Shown: positions 1-10,154 of the stretch, piece by piece
Numbering within the stretch: position 1 is the first letter of the stretch
How the letters are laid out: every line of letters begins with the position of its first letter
Assembly (NCBI GenBank): GCA_030950485.1
Contig: JAUZRK010000021.1
Span: 5,498-69,497, forward strand
DNA: 64,000 nt
Direction: 5' to 3'
From: Candidatus Dojkabacteria bacterium
Lineage (GTDB): Bacteria > Patescibacteriota > Dojkabacteria > J137
The notes under the pieces: model-generated
Told to the model about the DNA's origin: nothing
Database searches by the model: none
The model's input: only the letters and a program-made list of their open reading frames with translations
Program-made: the position numbers and the translations under genes

Positions 1-202
1 AAGGAATAATAGTATTAGTAATGCTTGATGCATCTACTATTCTTTGTAATACGCCATAGCTCTTAGTAGTTGAGTCCCATATATTAACTTGAGGTTCTTT
101 TTTGAATTTTTTATCTTCAGGCGCTATCTCTAAATACTTATCTTCAGGCTTTAGTCTGATGACTTTAGTTTGATTGTCCTTTTTATAAGAATAAAGAGAC
201 AT
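1..202 (-). CDS. 5' part of a gene running off the window (hypothetical protein)
   Basis: Manual translation from CAT at 200-202 gives an open frame [33 protein letters not shown]... to the window edge; divergent from rpoD. Confidence 0.55.
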   Translation of the reverse strand, partial: MSLYSYKKDNQTKVIRLKPEDKYLEIAPEDKKFKKEPQVNIWDSTTKSYGVLQRIVDASSITNTIIP

Positions 203-294
203 ATTTTTTGATGGATTCTAAGTATGTTAAAATAGTGAGAGTTTATAATAACCCTCAAATTTCAGTTTATCATAATTCTAATTATAAAATAAAA

Positions 295-1563
295 ATGGCA
301 ATATCTTCAGAAGAAAAGCAAAAGGTGAAAAACCTAGTAATCCTTGGTAAAAAACAAGGCTACTTAACTCAAGATGATATTTTATCTGTATTCGCAAATA
401 TAGAAGATAATCTTCAACTACTTGAATATATAATAAGTAATCTTGAGAATGAAGATGTTCAAATAATAGAACCTGTTACAAATGCAGGATATGATGAGAC
501 TCAGAGGACAAAGTTAAGTTTTGATGAGAAAATCAAAATACTAAAACAAATTAAATCTCACGTAAGTACTGATCCAATTAGAGCATATTTACAAGAAATT
601 GGTCGAATTCCTCTTTTAAGCGCAGAAGAAGAAGTTATTCTTGCTAAAAGAATCGAGAAGGGTGAGGCTGAAATGCAAGAGGTAATAAAAAAATTAGCAG
701 AAGAAGAAAATGATGAAGTTTATATAAAGGCTTGGGCTAAGTTAAAAGAAGGTGATATTAAAAATAAAGAAGTTGATGCTGCAAAGAAAAGATTAAGCGA
801 GAAAGACAGAAAATATACAAGTAAAACTATTAGAACAGGTATCGAGGCAAAGCATTTACTAACTACTGCAAATCTAAGATTAGTAGTTTCAATTGCTAAG
901 AACTATCTTAAAAGAGGTCTAGCACTTCTTGATTTAATACAAGAGGGTAATCTTGGATTAATGAGAGCAGTAGAGAAATTTGAATATAGAAAAGGATTTA
1001 AGTTTTCTACATATGCGACATGGTGGATTAGACAGGCAATTACAAGAGCTATTGCAGACCAAGCTAGAACTATTAGAGTTCCAGTGCATATGATTGAAAC
1101 AATTAATAAACTAAGTAAAATTTCTTCACAGCTTGCATCAAAATTAGGTAGAAAACCAACTATCAAAGAAATTGCGAGAGCGATGGAAATTACTCCTAAA
1201 AAAGTCCAAGAGATTATAAAAATTGCACAAAAGCCTCAATCGTTAGAAACACCAATTGGTGAAGATGGAGATAATACTCTAATAGATATTATAGCCGATG
1301 AATATACGGCATCGCCATCTGAGCTTGCAACATTCTCATTCTTGAAGAAACAAATTTATGAAATTCTTGAAGGTTTAACTGATAGAGAAAGAAAGGTGTT
1401 AGAACTTAGATTTGGATTGAGAGATGGTGTTACAAGGACGTTAGAGGAAGTAGGACATGAGTTCAATGTAACAAGAGAGAGAATTAGACAGATTGAAGCT
1501 AAAGCTCTAAGAAGAATGAAGAGCGATGAAGTAGCACAGGCACTAAAAGACTATTTAACTTAA
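295..1563 (+). CDS. rpoD: Primary sigma factor RpoD/SigA
   Basis: Region 1.2 [11 protein letters not shown], region 2 [34 protein letters not shown], region 4 [16 protein letters not shown]; likely start MAISSEEK at 295. Confidence 0.97.
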   Translation: MAISSEEKQKVKNLVILGKKQGYLTQDDILSVFANIEDNLQLLEYIISNLENEDVQIIEPVTNAGYDETQRTKLSFDEKIKILKQIKSHVSTDPIRAYLQEIGRIPLLSAEEEVILAKRIEKGEAEMQEVIKKLAEEENDEVYIKAWAKLKEGDIKNKEVDAAKKRLSEKDRKYTSKTIRTGIEAKHLLTTANLRLVVSIAKNYLKRGLALLDLIQEGNLGLMRAVEKFEYRKGFKFSTYATWWIRQAITRAIADQARTIRVPVHMIETINKLSKISSQLASKLGRKPTIKEIARAMEITPKKVQEIIKIAQKPQSLETPIGEDGDNTLIDIIADEYTASPSELATFSFLKKQIYEILEGLTDRERKVLELRFGLRDGVTRTLEEVGHEFNVTRERIRQIEAKALRRMKSDEVAQALKDYLT

Positions 1564-1582
1564 TCTTTTATAAATAATACCG

Positions 1583-2407
1583 ATGGGGGGGAATTATTTA
1601 GAGAAAACAAAAGGTAAATCTTTAAACAGATTTAAAGTTTGGCTTGAACAAGCAAAGTATGACTTGGAAATTGCGAGAATATCGCATGACTCTGGTTATT
1701 ATGAATGGGCTTGTTATCAATCTATTCAATCAGTAGAAAAATTAGTGAAATCTGTTATTGTTCATTCTGGATATAGACCTCCTAGAATTCATAAGTTAGG
1801 AGTTCTATTAAGTATAGCCAATAGAGCAAATAAAGCTTTTGAAAATGTTAAATTAAACTTCAGAAAAGTAGAGTCATTTACTTTCATCTCAAGGTATCCA
1901 TTTATTATCCCTGGACAAAATAACACGCCTCATGAAATGATCTCTGCTGATGATTCAAAATTATGCATAAGATTAGCAACTGATATCTTTGAAGAAATAC
2001 AAGTTTTCCTAAAAGGGCAAAAAATTAGAACTCCAAATGGTGAATCTATCGAAATGCAAGATTACTATTTTACACAAGACGAAATTGATACAAGATTAAC
2101 GCAGATTGAAAGTTTACCTGAGATATGTGAAAAATTAGATATAAAAAAGATCATACTTTTTGGAAGTTTCTCTAGGGAGCTTATACGACCTAGATCAACA
2201 ACAATGGATATATTAATAGTTGCTGATACTACGCTATCTTTCTTCGATAGAATACATTATGTTAGAGAAAAAACGAGAGGCTTAGAGCCGATTGTTGAAC
2301 CAATAATTTATACTCCTAGTGAGTTTAATAACCTTTTAGTTGAAGAAGGCGAGGGCTACTTAGAGAGTGCGGTAGAGGAGGGAAAAGTATTGTTTGAGAA
2401 GAAATAA
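1583..2407 (+). CDS. HEPN domain fused to a minimal nucleotidyltransferase (MNT) domain
   Basis: N-half WLEQAKYDLE..YEWACY..Q.VEK..K..RPPRIH..SRYP (HEPN); C-half KIILFGSFSR...DILIV...EPIIYTPSEF (Pol-beta-type MNT). Confidence 0.85.
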   Translation: MGGNYLEKTKGKSLNRFKVWLEQAKYDLEIARISHDSGYYEWACYQSIQSVEKLVKSVIVHSGYRPPRIHKLGVLLSIANRANKAFENVKLNFRKVESFTFISRYPFIIPGQNNTPHEMISADDSKLCIRLATDIFEEIQVFLKGQKIRTPNGESIEMQDYYFTQDEIDTRLTQIESLPEICEKLDIKKIILFGSFSRELIRPRSTTMDILIVADTTLSFFDRIHYVREKTRGLEPIVEPIIYTPSEFNNLLVEEGEGYLESAVEEGKVLFEKK

Positions 2408-2412
2408 TATAT

Positions 2413-2960
2413 ATGGAAATTCTTTTAGGTCCATTAATTGTAATACTTCTTAGATTAATAATCCCGCTTTATATTTTAAGAATCCTCTCGTTGGAGGTAT
2501 TATAGCGATGGTGCTAGATGCACTTGATGTTGTGATACTAAGGCTATTAAATCTTGGAGATTTTGGCTCATACTCTCAAGTAGATAAGGCATTAGATTCT
2601 GACTATTTGCTTATTGAACTTATAGTTTCACTTAGAATATGGAAAAACCAAGTAGCAAAGAATATGAGTATTTTCTGGTTTGTCTGGCGAATGATTGGTG
2701 TAGTTTTATTTGAAATAACTGGAATTAGAAAATTATTAGTATTCTTTCCTAATATGTTTGAAAACTTCTTTTTATTCATTGAGATCTACAAGAGATTTAG
2801 AAGTGAGCATGATTTAACATTTAGAAAACTTATATACTGGAACATATTTTTGTTTGTTCTTAAACTTCCTATAGAGTTATTGTTACATTGGTATGAAGCC
2901 CAGCCTTGGAATTGGTTCCAAGTAAATATTCTTGGACTTAAGACTCTTCAAGAAAAATAA
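2413..2960 (+). CDS. Membrane protein with a frameshift near 2475
   Basis: ATG at 2413 (MEILLGPLIVILLRLIIPLY) joins the 2508 ORF frame if one T is added in the TTTT run; several hydrophobic helices. Confidence 0.6.
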
Positions 2961-3656
2961 CTAGAAAGTACTCCTATCAACAAAATAATCTTTTTCTATA
3001 TAGTTTCCTTCTGGAGGACTAATTGTCCACTTCAATAAATCTTCAATATCATAAAATTTATTTTCAAGCTGTCCTAATTGCTGTTTTTCAATCCATATAG
3101 GTTCTCCCTCTATAGTTTTTTTTGGTGTTCCATTAAATTCATTTATTTCGAATAAAATAAATAGTTTGTCTTCTAAAATCTCTTTTTGTTTTGTGTAGAC
3201 CCTATCGTGAACAATACACTTCTGTCTAAACTTAGTAGGGATTATATCAGCTTCTTCTTTTGTTTCTCTAATTAGTGACTCTTCAAAACTTTCTCCATAT
3301 TTTACTGTCCCTGTAATAACACCGTAATATCCAAAAAATGGTGATTTAAGTCGTTTTAGCATAAGTACTTTATTGTCTTTTATACAAAAGCCTACGACTG
3401 CAACTAGTGGTTGTTTCTCAACTTCATTTTTAAAGACGTCAATAGTTCTTCCAAATTTCTTTCCTTCTGGAGTTAGGTAATATCTTTTATCTTCAGTCTT
3501 TTTTACTAAATTTAATTCTATGAGCTTCTTAATATGATAAGCAAAATGTTCCGAATCTATTTCTTTAGTATTTATATCAGTAAAAGAAGCACCTTCTCTA
3601 AAGAGCAAATCTTTTACTATTAACATTTGAATGTAATGTAGGTTATTTGTATTCAT
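2961..3656 (-). CDS. wHTH-NUDIX hydrolase fusion
   Basis: N-terminal wHTH (FAYHIKKL..YYLTPEG); Nudix box GTVKYGESFEESLIRETKEEAD. Confidence 0.85.
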   Translation of the reverse strand: MNTNNLHYIQMLIVKDLLFREGASFTDINTKEIDSEHFAYHIKKLIELNLVKKTEDKRYYLTPEGKKFGRTIDVFKNEVEKQPLVAVVGFCIKDNKVLMLKRLKSPFFGYYGVITGTVKYGESFEESLIRETKEEADIIPTKFRQKCIVHDRVYTKQKEILEDKLFILFEINEFNGTPKKTIEGEPIWIEKQQLGQLENKFYDIEDLLKWTISPPEGNYIEKDYFVDRSTF

Positions 3657-3744
3657 TAAAGTATTTTAAGTAATTGGATTATTACACGAAAGAATATTTT
3701 TCGTAAGTAAAATTGATTTTAGTAAAATAAAGTGGATCATAAAA

Positions 3745-3784
3745 AAAAGAGTGGAGAGATTGTTTATAATCTTTCCACTCTTTT
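3745..3784. terminator. Intrinsic terminator downstream of rny
   Basis: AAAAGAGTGGAGAGATT-GTTTAT-AATCTTTCCACTCTTTT hairpin with A/T tracts. Confidence 0.8.
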
Positions 3785-3802
3785 AAATTTATGTACATTA
3801 AC

Positions 3803-5332
3803 CTATTTTGCTTCGCTTTTAGTTCTGTATTCTCGAATCACACTTACTTTTACAGCACCCGGATAGTTTCCTGAACTTTCAATATCCTTTGCGATTTCAA
3901 ATGCCATTTTCTTAGTTTTATCGTCACTAATTTTTTCAGGATTAACAATAACTCTAACCTCTCTTCCTGCTTGTATTGCATATGAAGATTTAACACCCTC
4001 ACGTTTATTAGCAATATCTTCTAGTGTTCTAAGTCTTTTGACATAGTCCTCATAACTTTCTCTTCTAGCTCCTGGTCTAGAACCTGAGATTTTATTTGCT
4101 ATCTGAACAAGCTCAGCTTCAATATAGTTTGATTCAGCATCACCATGATGAGCTTCAACTGCATTAGCTAGAGCTTTACTTTTTGGCCAGTATTTTCTCG
4201 CAATATCTGCAGAAATTTGTCCGTGATTCTTTCCATCTTGAGGCATAACCTTTCCAACATCATGTAAAAGGCAAGCTAATTTTACATCTCTTACATTTGC
4301 GCCAACTTCATTTGCTAAAGCTTCTGCAATTTTTACAGTTTCCAATGTATGTTTAACTAAGTTTTGTCCATGGCTGAATCTATATTTAAATCTTCCTAAT
4401 AGTAAGATAACTTCATTTGGAATATCACTAAATCCTGCTTCAAATGCAAGTTCTTCTCCTGTCTTTTTAATTTCCTTAAGCACTTCTGTTTTGACTTTTT
4501 TGATTGTTTCCTCAATAGTTGCTGGATTGATTTTTCCAGTCTTAAGAAGCTTTTTTAGTGCAATTGCAGCTACTTCTCTTCTTATAGGATCAAAGCAAGA
4601 TATTGTAACCTCATTTGGAGATTCATCTATAATTACGTCAACTCCTGTTAATCTTTCAAAAGCTCTTACATTTCTTCCACTTTTACCTATAACTCTACTT
4701 TTTAATGATTCGTCTTCGATATCTATTGTTGTAGTTGTAGTTTCTGCAACATAATCAACTACACTATTTAGCATTGTATCTACAAGAATCTTTTTGCTTA
4801 TTTCTTCTGATTTCTCTTTTATTTCTGTTTCAGACTCTTTAATTTTCTTAGTTATCCAGTCTCCGATATCTTCTTCGACTTCTTTTTTAAGAATTTCTTC
4901 TGCCTCTTCTTTAGTTAACCCAGCAACTTTCTCAAGTTGTAATTTTAGATCATCTACTTTACTCTTAATTTCTGATCTTTGATTTTCTATTTCTTTATCT
5001 TTTTCTTCTAGTTCGTCTAACCTACTATCTAGCTGTTTAGATCTTTTTAATAGCTTTTCTTCCTTTTCATCTAATAATCTTTCTTGCTGCTTGAACTTTG
5101 CTCTTGCACTAGCGATTTCTGTGTTCGCTCTTTTTTCTATTTCATTTGCTTCCTTTTCTGCTTTAACTAATTTTTCTTTCGCAAGTTTACTTGCTTTTTC
5201 GATTGCTTCTAACTCAGTAAGAGTCTTTTCTTTTTTTGTTCTCTTTAGTTTGTTTAGCTGAGAGTACAGATATACTGCGAAAGCTGCAGCGCCTGCCAAT
5301 GCTAAAACTAATACAATGATAAATATATTCAT
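3803..5332 (-). CDS. rny: Ribonuclease Y
   Basis: N-terminal TM, coiled coil, KH (RVIGKSGRNVR), HD (LLHDVGK), SRPGARRE, YAIQAGREVRV. Confidence 0.96.
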   Translation of the reverse strand: MNIFIIVLVLALAGAAAFAVYLYSQLNKLKRTKKEKTLTELEAIEKASKLAKEKLVKAEKEANEIEKRANTEIASARAKFKQQERLLDEKEEKLLKRSKQLDSRLDELEEKDKEIENQRSEIKSKVDDLKLQLEKVAGLTKEEAEEILKKEVEEDIGDWITKKIKESETEIKEKSEEISKKILVDTMLNSVVDYVAETTTTTIDIEDESLKSRVIGKSGRNVRAFERLTGVDVIIDESPNEVTISCFDPIRREVAAIALKKLLKTGKINPATIEETIKKVKTEVLKEIKKTGEELAFEAGFSDIPNEVILLLGRFKYRFSHGQNLVKHTLETVKIAEALANEVGANVRDVKLACLLHDVGKVMPQDGKNHGQISADIARKYWPKSKALANAVEAHHGDAESNYIEAELVQIANKISGSRPGARRESYEDYVKRLRTLEDIANKREGVKSSYAIQAGREVRVIVNPEKISDDKTKKMAFEIAKDIESSGNYPGAVKVSVIREYRTKSEAK

Positions 5333-5606
5333 CTTTCTTTAAAATTAATAACCTAATATTTAAGAAAGGATATTATGTGGCTAGATTAGCTAACTTATTT
5401 AAAACGAAGTTATAAACTGTGTTGTAAATTTTCTAGTTGTGGTTAGATAAAATAAGTTTCATTTAAGTCTAGTAAGCCAATTCAAAATATTCCTTTCAAT
5501 AAATTATTATATCATAATTAATTTTTATCTAAGAACTTGAAATAATAAAAAGAATTTTTAATAAAGGCTTCTATAATGTAAAATAAGAATAAATATATCA
5601 ATATAA

Positions 5607-6719
5607 ATGGGTAGAGTATTATTAGGCGCTGCACACACATTAATGCAGCCTGGAGAAATATATAAAGATTTAAGAGAAGCGGACTTAACTAGGAAATTCC
5701 TGAAATTTGCTATTTCTCATCTGGAGAAAAAAGGAATTGAATTCAAAACAGTTCCTTTAGACTTATCACTACTAAAAAGAATTGATTGGATAAATAATAC
5801 TGGATACTCTCAGGAAACTGATGATGTTTTTATTGAATTACATGTTAACGATGGAGGCAAAAGAGGAATAGAGAACTGGTATTCAGATGATCCAGGAGAG
5901 GATAATCCTTCACAGAGATTTGCTGAGTTTATGATTGATGACATGTGTTCTTCATTAGGCTTTACAAACCATGGAGCAAAAAGTGAACACGATTGCCCTC
6001 TTACATCTTTACTAATTCTAAATCAGACAAAAACAATCAGTATTGCAACTGAATTACTATTTATCGATAACGAAGAAGACATCGCTATTCTTAAAGATGA
6101 TTCAAAAGTAGATAACTTAATGAAAGTACTTGTCGAGTCAATTGCAAAATTCTTTGAAGATATTAAAAAGATTCCACTTAAGAAAAAAGCAAAAGTAATT
6201 CCTCCCAAATTTGGTAAGTTTACTAAGCCATCAACTAAGCCAGGGATATCTGGGGGCTCACCATTTTCAACAAAACCAATACCTTCTTTTAATGCTTCAG
6301 TTCCAACAGCTAAAAGCAGTGGAAGTAGTAATCTATTAATGGATAGAGATCAGAGGAAACAAATGATTATAGATACATATAAAAAGATTCTTGGTGATGA
6401 ACCAAAGCAAAATGACCTAAACTATTATCTTAATATGGGAATATCTGAAGAAGAATTAATAAAAAAGATAGTAGATACTGAAGATTTTAAAAAGATGGTT
6501 AAAGATGCAAAAGATGCTATTGAGCTAAGGGAAAAATCTGCACAAATGGATACAGACTTAGCTATGTATAAAGGTAAAGCTACAGATCTTCAAGGAATGT
6601 TAGATAACTTAAATAAGGTATTAGCACATAAAAACCTTTCAATACAGCAAATGCAAAATGAATTAATTAATAGAGGAGTAGTACAGAAAGGTCAATATTA
6701 TCACCCTAATCAAGTTTAA
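5607..6719 (+). CDS. N-acetylmuramoyl-L-alanine amidase (Amidase_3-like) with a P/S/K-rich linker and C-terminal helical/coiled-coil domain
   Basis: Zn-ligand pattern GAAH..READL..ELHVN..ELLFIDN. Confidence 0.7.
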   Translation: MGRVLLGAAHTLMQPGEIYKDLREADLTRKFLKFAISHLEKKGIEFKTVPLDLSLLKRIDWINNTGYSQETDDVFIELHVNDGGKRGIENWYSDDPGEDNPSQRFAEFMIDDMCSSLGFTNHGAKSEHDCPLTSLLILNQTKTISIATELLFIDNEEDIAILKDDSKVDNLMKVLVESIAKFFEDIKKIPLKKKAKVIPPKFGKFTKPSTKPGISGGSPFSTKPIPSFNASVPTAKSSGSSNLLMDRDQRKQMIIDTYKKILGDEPKQNDLNYYLNMGISEEELIKKIVDTEDFKKMVKDAKDAIELREKSAQMDTDLAMYKGKATDLQGMLDNLNKVLAHKNLSIQQMQNELINRGVVQKGQYYHPNQV

Positions 6720-7348
6720 TGCTCGAATTCGCCTAACATAACTCTTTGTCTTAGATTTATAATATCTTTTAGCATAGAAAGTGTTTTTCTATTAAATCTA
6801 TTAACACTAATCTCTTGACCATTTACTACATGACTTAGAGGAATATTATAATGTATAGACATTGAAATTATTCTTTTCGATATCTCTAGCAAGCTAAGTT
6901 CCTGGTTTAGTAAAGTTATATCTAGCTCTTCTTCTGATTTTTTTGAAATTAATCTAAGTAATTTAATTGCTCTTCTAAGATAATTCTTAGGTGTATTAAC
7001 AAACTCAAAATCATTTGTTTCTAGTCTTTTTTGTAATGAGTTATACCCCATTAGTAACATAGAACATGTGTTTGCTTCTTCCTCGCTAAGTAGAGCTTGC
7101 CTAATTATCCTAAATTTTGTAGTAGTATTTACTTTAAGTTTTTGAGTTAAAGCTTCATCGATTTGAAGCTCTTCAAGTTGAGTGATTTTAATCTCATCAG
7201 AAATTCTAAAATCTACTAGGATATTCTTTATTTCTGTTTGAATATCTACATCTGATTGGTTGAAGTTTTCTATAAATTCACTGATATCTTGAGGCTGTTT
7301 ATTTGCAAATTCAATTTTATTTAAATCATCTTCTCCATAATCACTCAT
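6716..7348 (-). CDS. Hypothetical protein with acidic N-terminus
   Basis: 210-aa ORF preceded by an extended -10-like TGCTAAAAT on the minus strand. Confidence 0.6.
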   Translation of the reverse strand: MSDYGEDDLNKIEFANKQPQDISEFIENFNQSDVDIQTEIKNILVDFRISDEIKITQLEELQIDEALTQKLKVNTTTKFRIIRQALLSEEEANTCSMLLMGYNSLQKRLETNDFEFVNTPKNYLRRAIKLLRLISKKSEEELDITLLNQELSLLEISKRIISMSIHYNIPLSHVVNGQEISVNRFNRKTLSMLKDIINLRQRVMLGEFEH

Positions 7349-7391
7349 TCGAATTACCTAACTTTGAGGATTTTAGCAGAACTATTTGATT

Positions 7392-8246
7392 TTAAAAAAT
7401 CTTTTCTACTATATCGTCTAGCTCAGAATCATCTTTAAAAGGAATGACAATTTTGCCACCTTTTTTAGTTCTTGCTAGTGAGACTGATTTACCAAATCTT
7501 TCTCTAAGACCTGTTTCAATACTAAGTGTTTTTTTATCAATTATTCTATTTGTACTTTTCTTAGTTTTCATCTGACCTTTATTTAATCTCCTTACAAGTT
7601 CTTCTACAGCTCTTACAGAGAGCTTATCTCTTAATATTATCTTATAAGTAGCAATCATTGTCTCTTCTGATTTCAATCCAAGGAGTGCTCTTGCATGTCC
7701 TTCGCTAATTTTCTCTTCTAATAATCCTTTTTTAATATCTTCAGGTAAAGTTAACAGTCTAATTTTATTAGCAATTGCTGGTCGACTAATTCCTACTTTC
7801 TTAGAGATTTGTTCATGTGTCATCTTAAAACTTTCGCTTAATTGTTGGAAAGCTAAACCTTCTTCAAGTGCATTTAAATCTTCTCTTTGTATATTCTCAA
7901 TCACTGCAAGTTCTAACATCTCTTTTGGTGTAGCTTCTTTTACTACAACAGGAACGAATTTTAATCCTGCAAGTTTGGCAGCTCTCAACCTTCTTTCTCC
8001 AGCAATTAATTCATAGTTATTCTCGGATTTCTTTGTAACTAGAAGCGGCTCTATAACACCATACTCCCTCATAGAGTCAGCTAGTTCAACTAATTTTTCA
8101 GGGTTCATTTGTGCCCTTGGTTGGTAAGGGTTCGCCACTACAAGGTTAATTGGTAGTTTAGCAATAAAACCGTTAGAGATCTCATTTACAGAGCTCTTAT
8201 CAATTAGTGCTGATAGTCCTTGTCCTAAAGCTGATTTTCTTGCCAT
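7392..8246 (-). CDS. parB: Chromosome partitioning protein ParB
   Basis: LGQGLSAL, NPYQPR, YELIAGERRLRA, ENIQREDL, HTH. Confidence 0.96.
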   Translation of the reverse strand: MARKSALGQGLSALIDKSSVNEISNGFIAKLPINLVVANPYQPRAQMNPEKLVELADSMREYGVIEPLLVTKKSENNYELIAGERRLRAAKLAGLKFVPVVVKEATPKEMLELAVIENIQREDLNALEEGLAFQQLSESFKMTHEQISKKVGISRPAIANKIRLLTLPEDIKKGLLEEKISEGHARALLGLKSEETMIATYKIILRDKLSVRAVEELVRRLNKGQMKTKKSTNRIIDKKTLSIETGLRERFGKSVSLARTKKGGKIVIPFKDDSELDDIVEKIF

Positions 8247-8315
8247 ATGATTAATTTATTTCTTTAAAATATATTTACATATAATCCAGATCACTTCAAC
8301 GCTAAACTTTAAGTC

Positions 8316-9092
8316 TTAAGCGCTTTCGAATCTTTTTATTATTTCTTCAGTTAGTCTCTCATAAGCTTTTGCGCCTGTTGATTCAGGATCATATTCGAAT
8401 ATAGATAATCCATGCGAAGGAGCTTCCGAAAGTCTAATATTTCGTGGAACAATTGTATCAAATAATTTTTCACCGAAAAAGTTTTGTAATTCTGCGGCTA
8501 TATCTTTGCTTAAATTTGTTCTTGTATCAAACATTGTTAGAACAACTCCACCTATATCTAATTGGCTATTTAAATTCTCTTTAACTAATTTTATTGTATT
8601 AATAAGTTGTCCTAAGCCTTCTAGAGCAAAGTATTCTGCTTGAACAGGAATTAATACTTTATCTGAAGCGACATGTCCATTGATTGTAATAAGGCCTAAT
8701 GATGGAGGGCAATCGATGAGGATATAGTCGTAATCATCTTTTATAATATCTAACGCTCTTTTAAGAATTGTTTCTCTAGACATTGAGTTAACCATTTCTA
8801 CTTCAGCTCCAGCTAGTTCAATTCCTGATGGAAGTATATCTAAATGTTCAACTCTAGTTGGTTTAATAATGCTGTTAGGATCTACTTTGTTAATAAGTAA
8901 ATCATAAGTAGTTTTATATTTAGTATCTTTATCTCTATCTCTAGTAAAGCCTATTCCTGAGGTTAAGTTAGCCTGAGGATCTATATCTACTATTAGAACC
9001 TTTTTTCCTTTATTAGCTAAAAATACAGCAAGATTAAGTGTTGTTGTTGTTTTTCCAACTCCTCCTTTTTGATTTGAAATTGATAGTATCAT
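8316..9092 (-). CDS. parA: Chromosome partitioning ATPase ParA/Soj
   Basis: NQKGGVGKTTT, DIDPQAN, IDCPPSLG, EAPSHG. Confidence 0.96.
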   Translation of the reverse strand: MILSISNQKGGVGKTTTTLNLAVFLANKGKKVLIVDIDPQANLTSGIGFTRDRDKDTKYKTTYDLLINKVDPNSIIKPTRVEHLDILPSGIELAGAEVEMVNSMSRETILKRALDIIKDDYDYILIDCPPSLGLITINGHVASDKVLIPVQAEYFALEGLGQLINTIKLVKENLNSQLDIGGVVLTMFDTRTNLSKDIAAELQNFFGEKLFDTIVPRNIRLSEAPSHGLSIFEYDPESTGAKAYERLTEEIIKRFESA

Positions 9093-9258
9093 TTATAAAA
9101 GCATTATCATTAGTAGTATACTATAAGTAATAAAGCAAAAGTAAAAAGCTTAAAGTCACAGTATGAGAAAAATGATGACAGGTATAAAGAGTAGGAATTA
9201 TTTTAATTGATCTAATCGATCTAATTATACTAAATAAAAGTTGTAGTATAAAAACTAT

Positions 9259-9843
9259 ATGAAATTATTTGACAGGAATTATTATGAAAATGAAGTTTTT
9301 GAAGAAATTAGCTTAGATATTTCTAAGACTGATTTTAACAGTGTAACTTTTAAGAATTGCGACTTTAGTGAAAAGCAATTAAAGGCTAATGATTTTATTA
9401 GATGTAAGTTTATTAACTGTAATTTTCTAAGTACAGATTTTACTGATTCAAAATTAGAAGAACCTATCTTTAAATCCTGTAGGTTATCTGGAATGAATTG
9501 GAGCAGACTAAGGGATTCCTTACATTCGAAATATATTTTTGAGCAGTGTGACTTAAGATTTAGCGCGTTTGTTGATAAAGATTTTTTTATGTCTGAATTT
9601 AATGAATGTAAGATAAACGAATCAGAATTTGATAGTTGTAAACTTAATAAGACAAAATTTTCTTCAGATTTACTGTTAGTGAGTTTTAAAAATTGTGAAT
9701 TGAATAAGGCAGATTTTTCAAGGTCTAAGAATGTATTTATTGATTTAGTTTCGAATAAGGTTAAGGGAATGAAGTTATCAGATAGACAACTTGAAGGTTT
9801 GATAGGGCAGTTTGGGGTTGAGGTTGTTGAGGATGAATATTAA
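9259..9843 (+). CDS. Pentapeptide repeat protein
   Basis: Repeating [F/L]xxxx pentapeptides (FKNCD, FINCN, FEQCD, LNKAD). Confidence 0.9.
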   Translation: MKLFDRNYYENEVFEEISLDISKTDFNSVTFKNCDFSEKQLKANDFIRCKFINCNFLSTDFTDSKLEEPIFKSCRLSGMNWSRLRDSLHSKYIFEQCDLRFSAFVDKDFFMSEFNECKINESEFDSCKLNKTKFSSDLLLVSFKNCELNKADFSRSKNVFIDLVSNKVKGMKLSDRQLEGLIGQFGVEVVEDEY

Positions 9844-9910
9844 ATAATAGAGAAGGCGACAATGATACATATTCACTTCTTGTAAGAATTTTATTAAATG
9901 TACATTTATA

Positions 9911-9945
9911 CTTTTACGTTCTTTTGTGACCAAAAGAACCAAAAG
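9911..9945. repeat. Palindromic intergenic (REP-like) element
   Basis: CTTTT-AC-GTTCTTTTG-TGAC-CAAAAGAAC-C-AAAAG hairpin in a 310-nt intergenic region. Confidence 0.45.
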
Positions 9946-10124
9946 TCCTGGGAACTTGTAACGGCGACTAACTGTTGTTTGCTATCTCGCCCAACAAAAT
10001 CCCAGACTCAATTTTAACCCGTTTGTGAAAAACTCTCATCTAGAGAAATAATATCCAATGAAGATTTTAATTGGATAGTTTAATTACAGTAGCTTCACTA
10101 GTAATGACTTAATTACTTAGTTAC

Positions 10125-10154
10125 AAAGGGCGGGGTCATCCCCGCCCTTTTTCT
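10125..10154. terminator. Intrinsic terminator at the 3' end of ileS (probably bidirectional)
   Basis: AAAGGGCGGGG-TCAT-CCCCGCCCTTT perfect GC hairpin. Confidence 0.85.
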
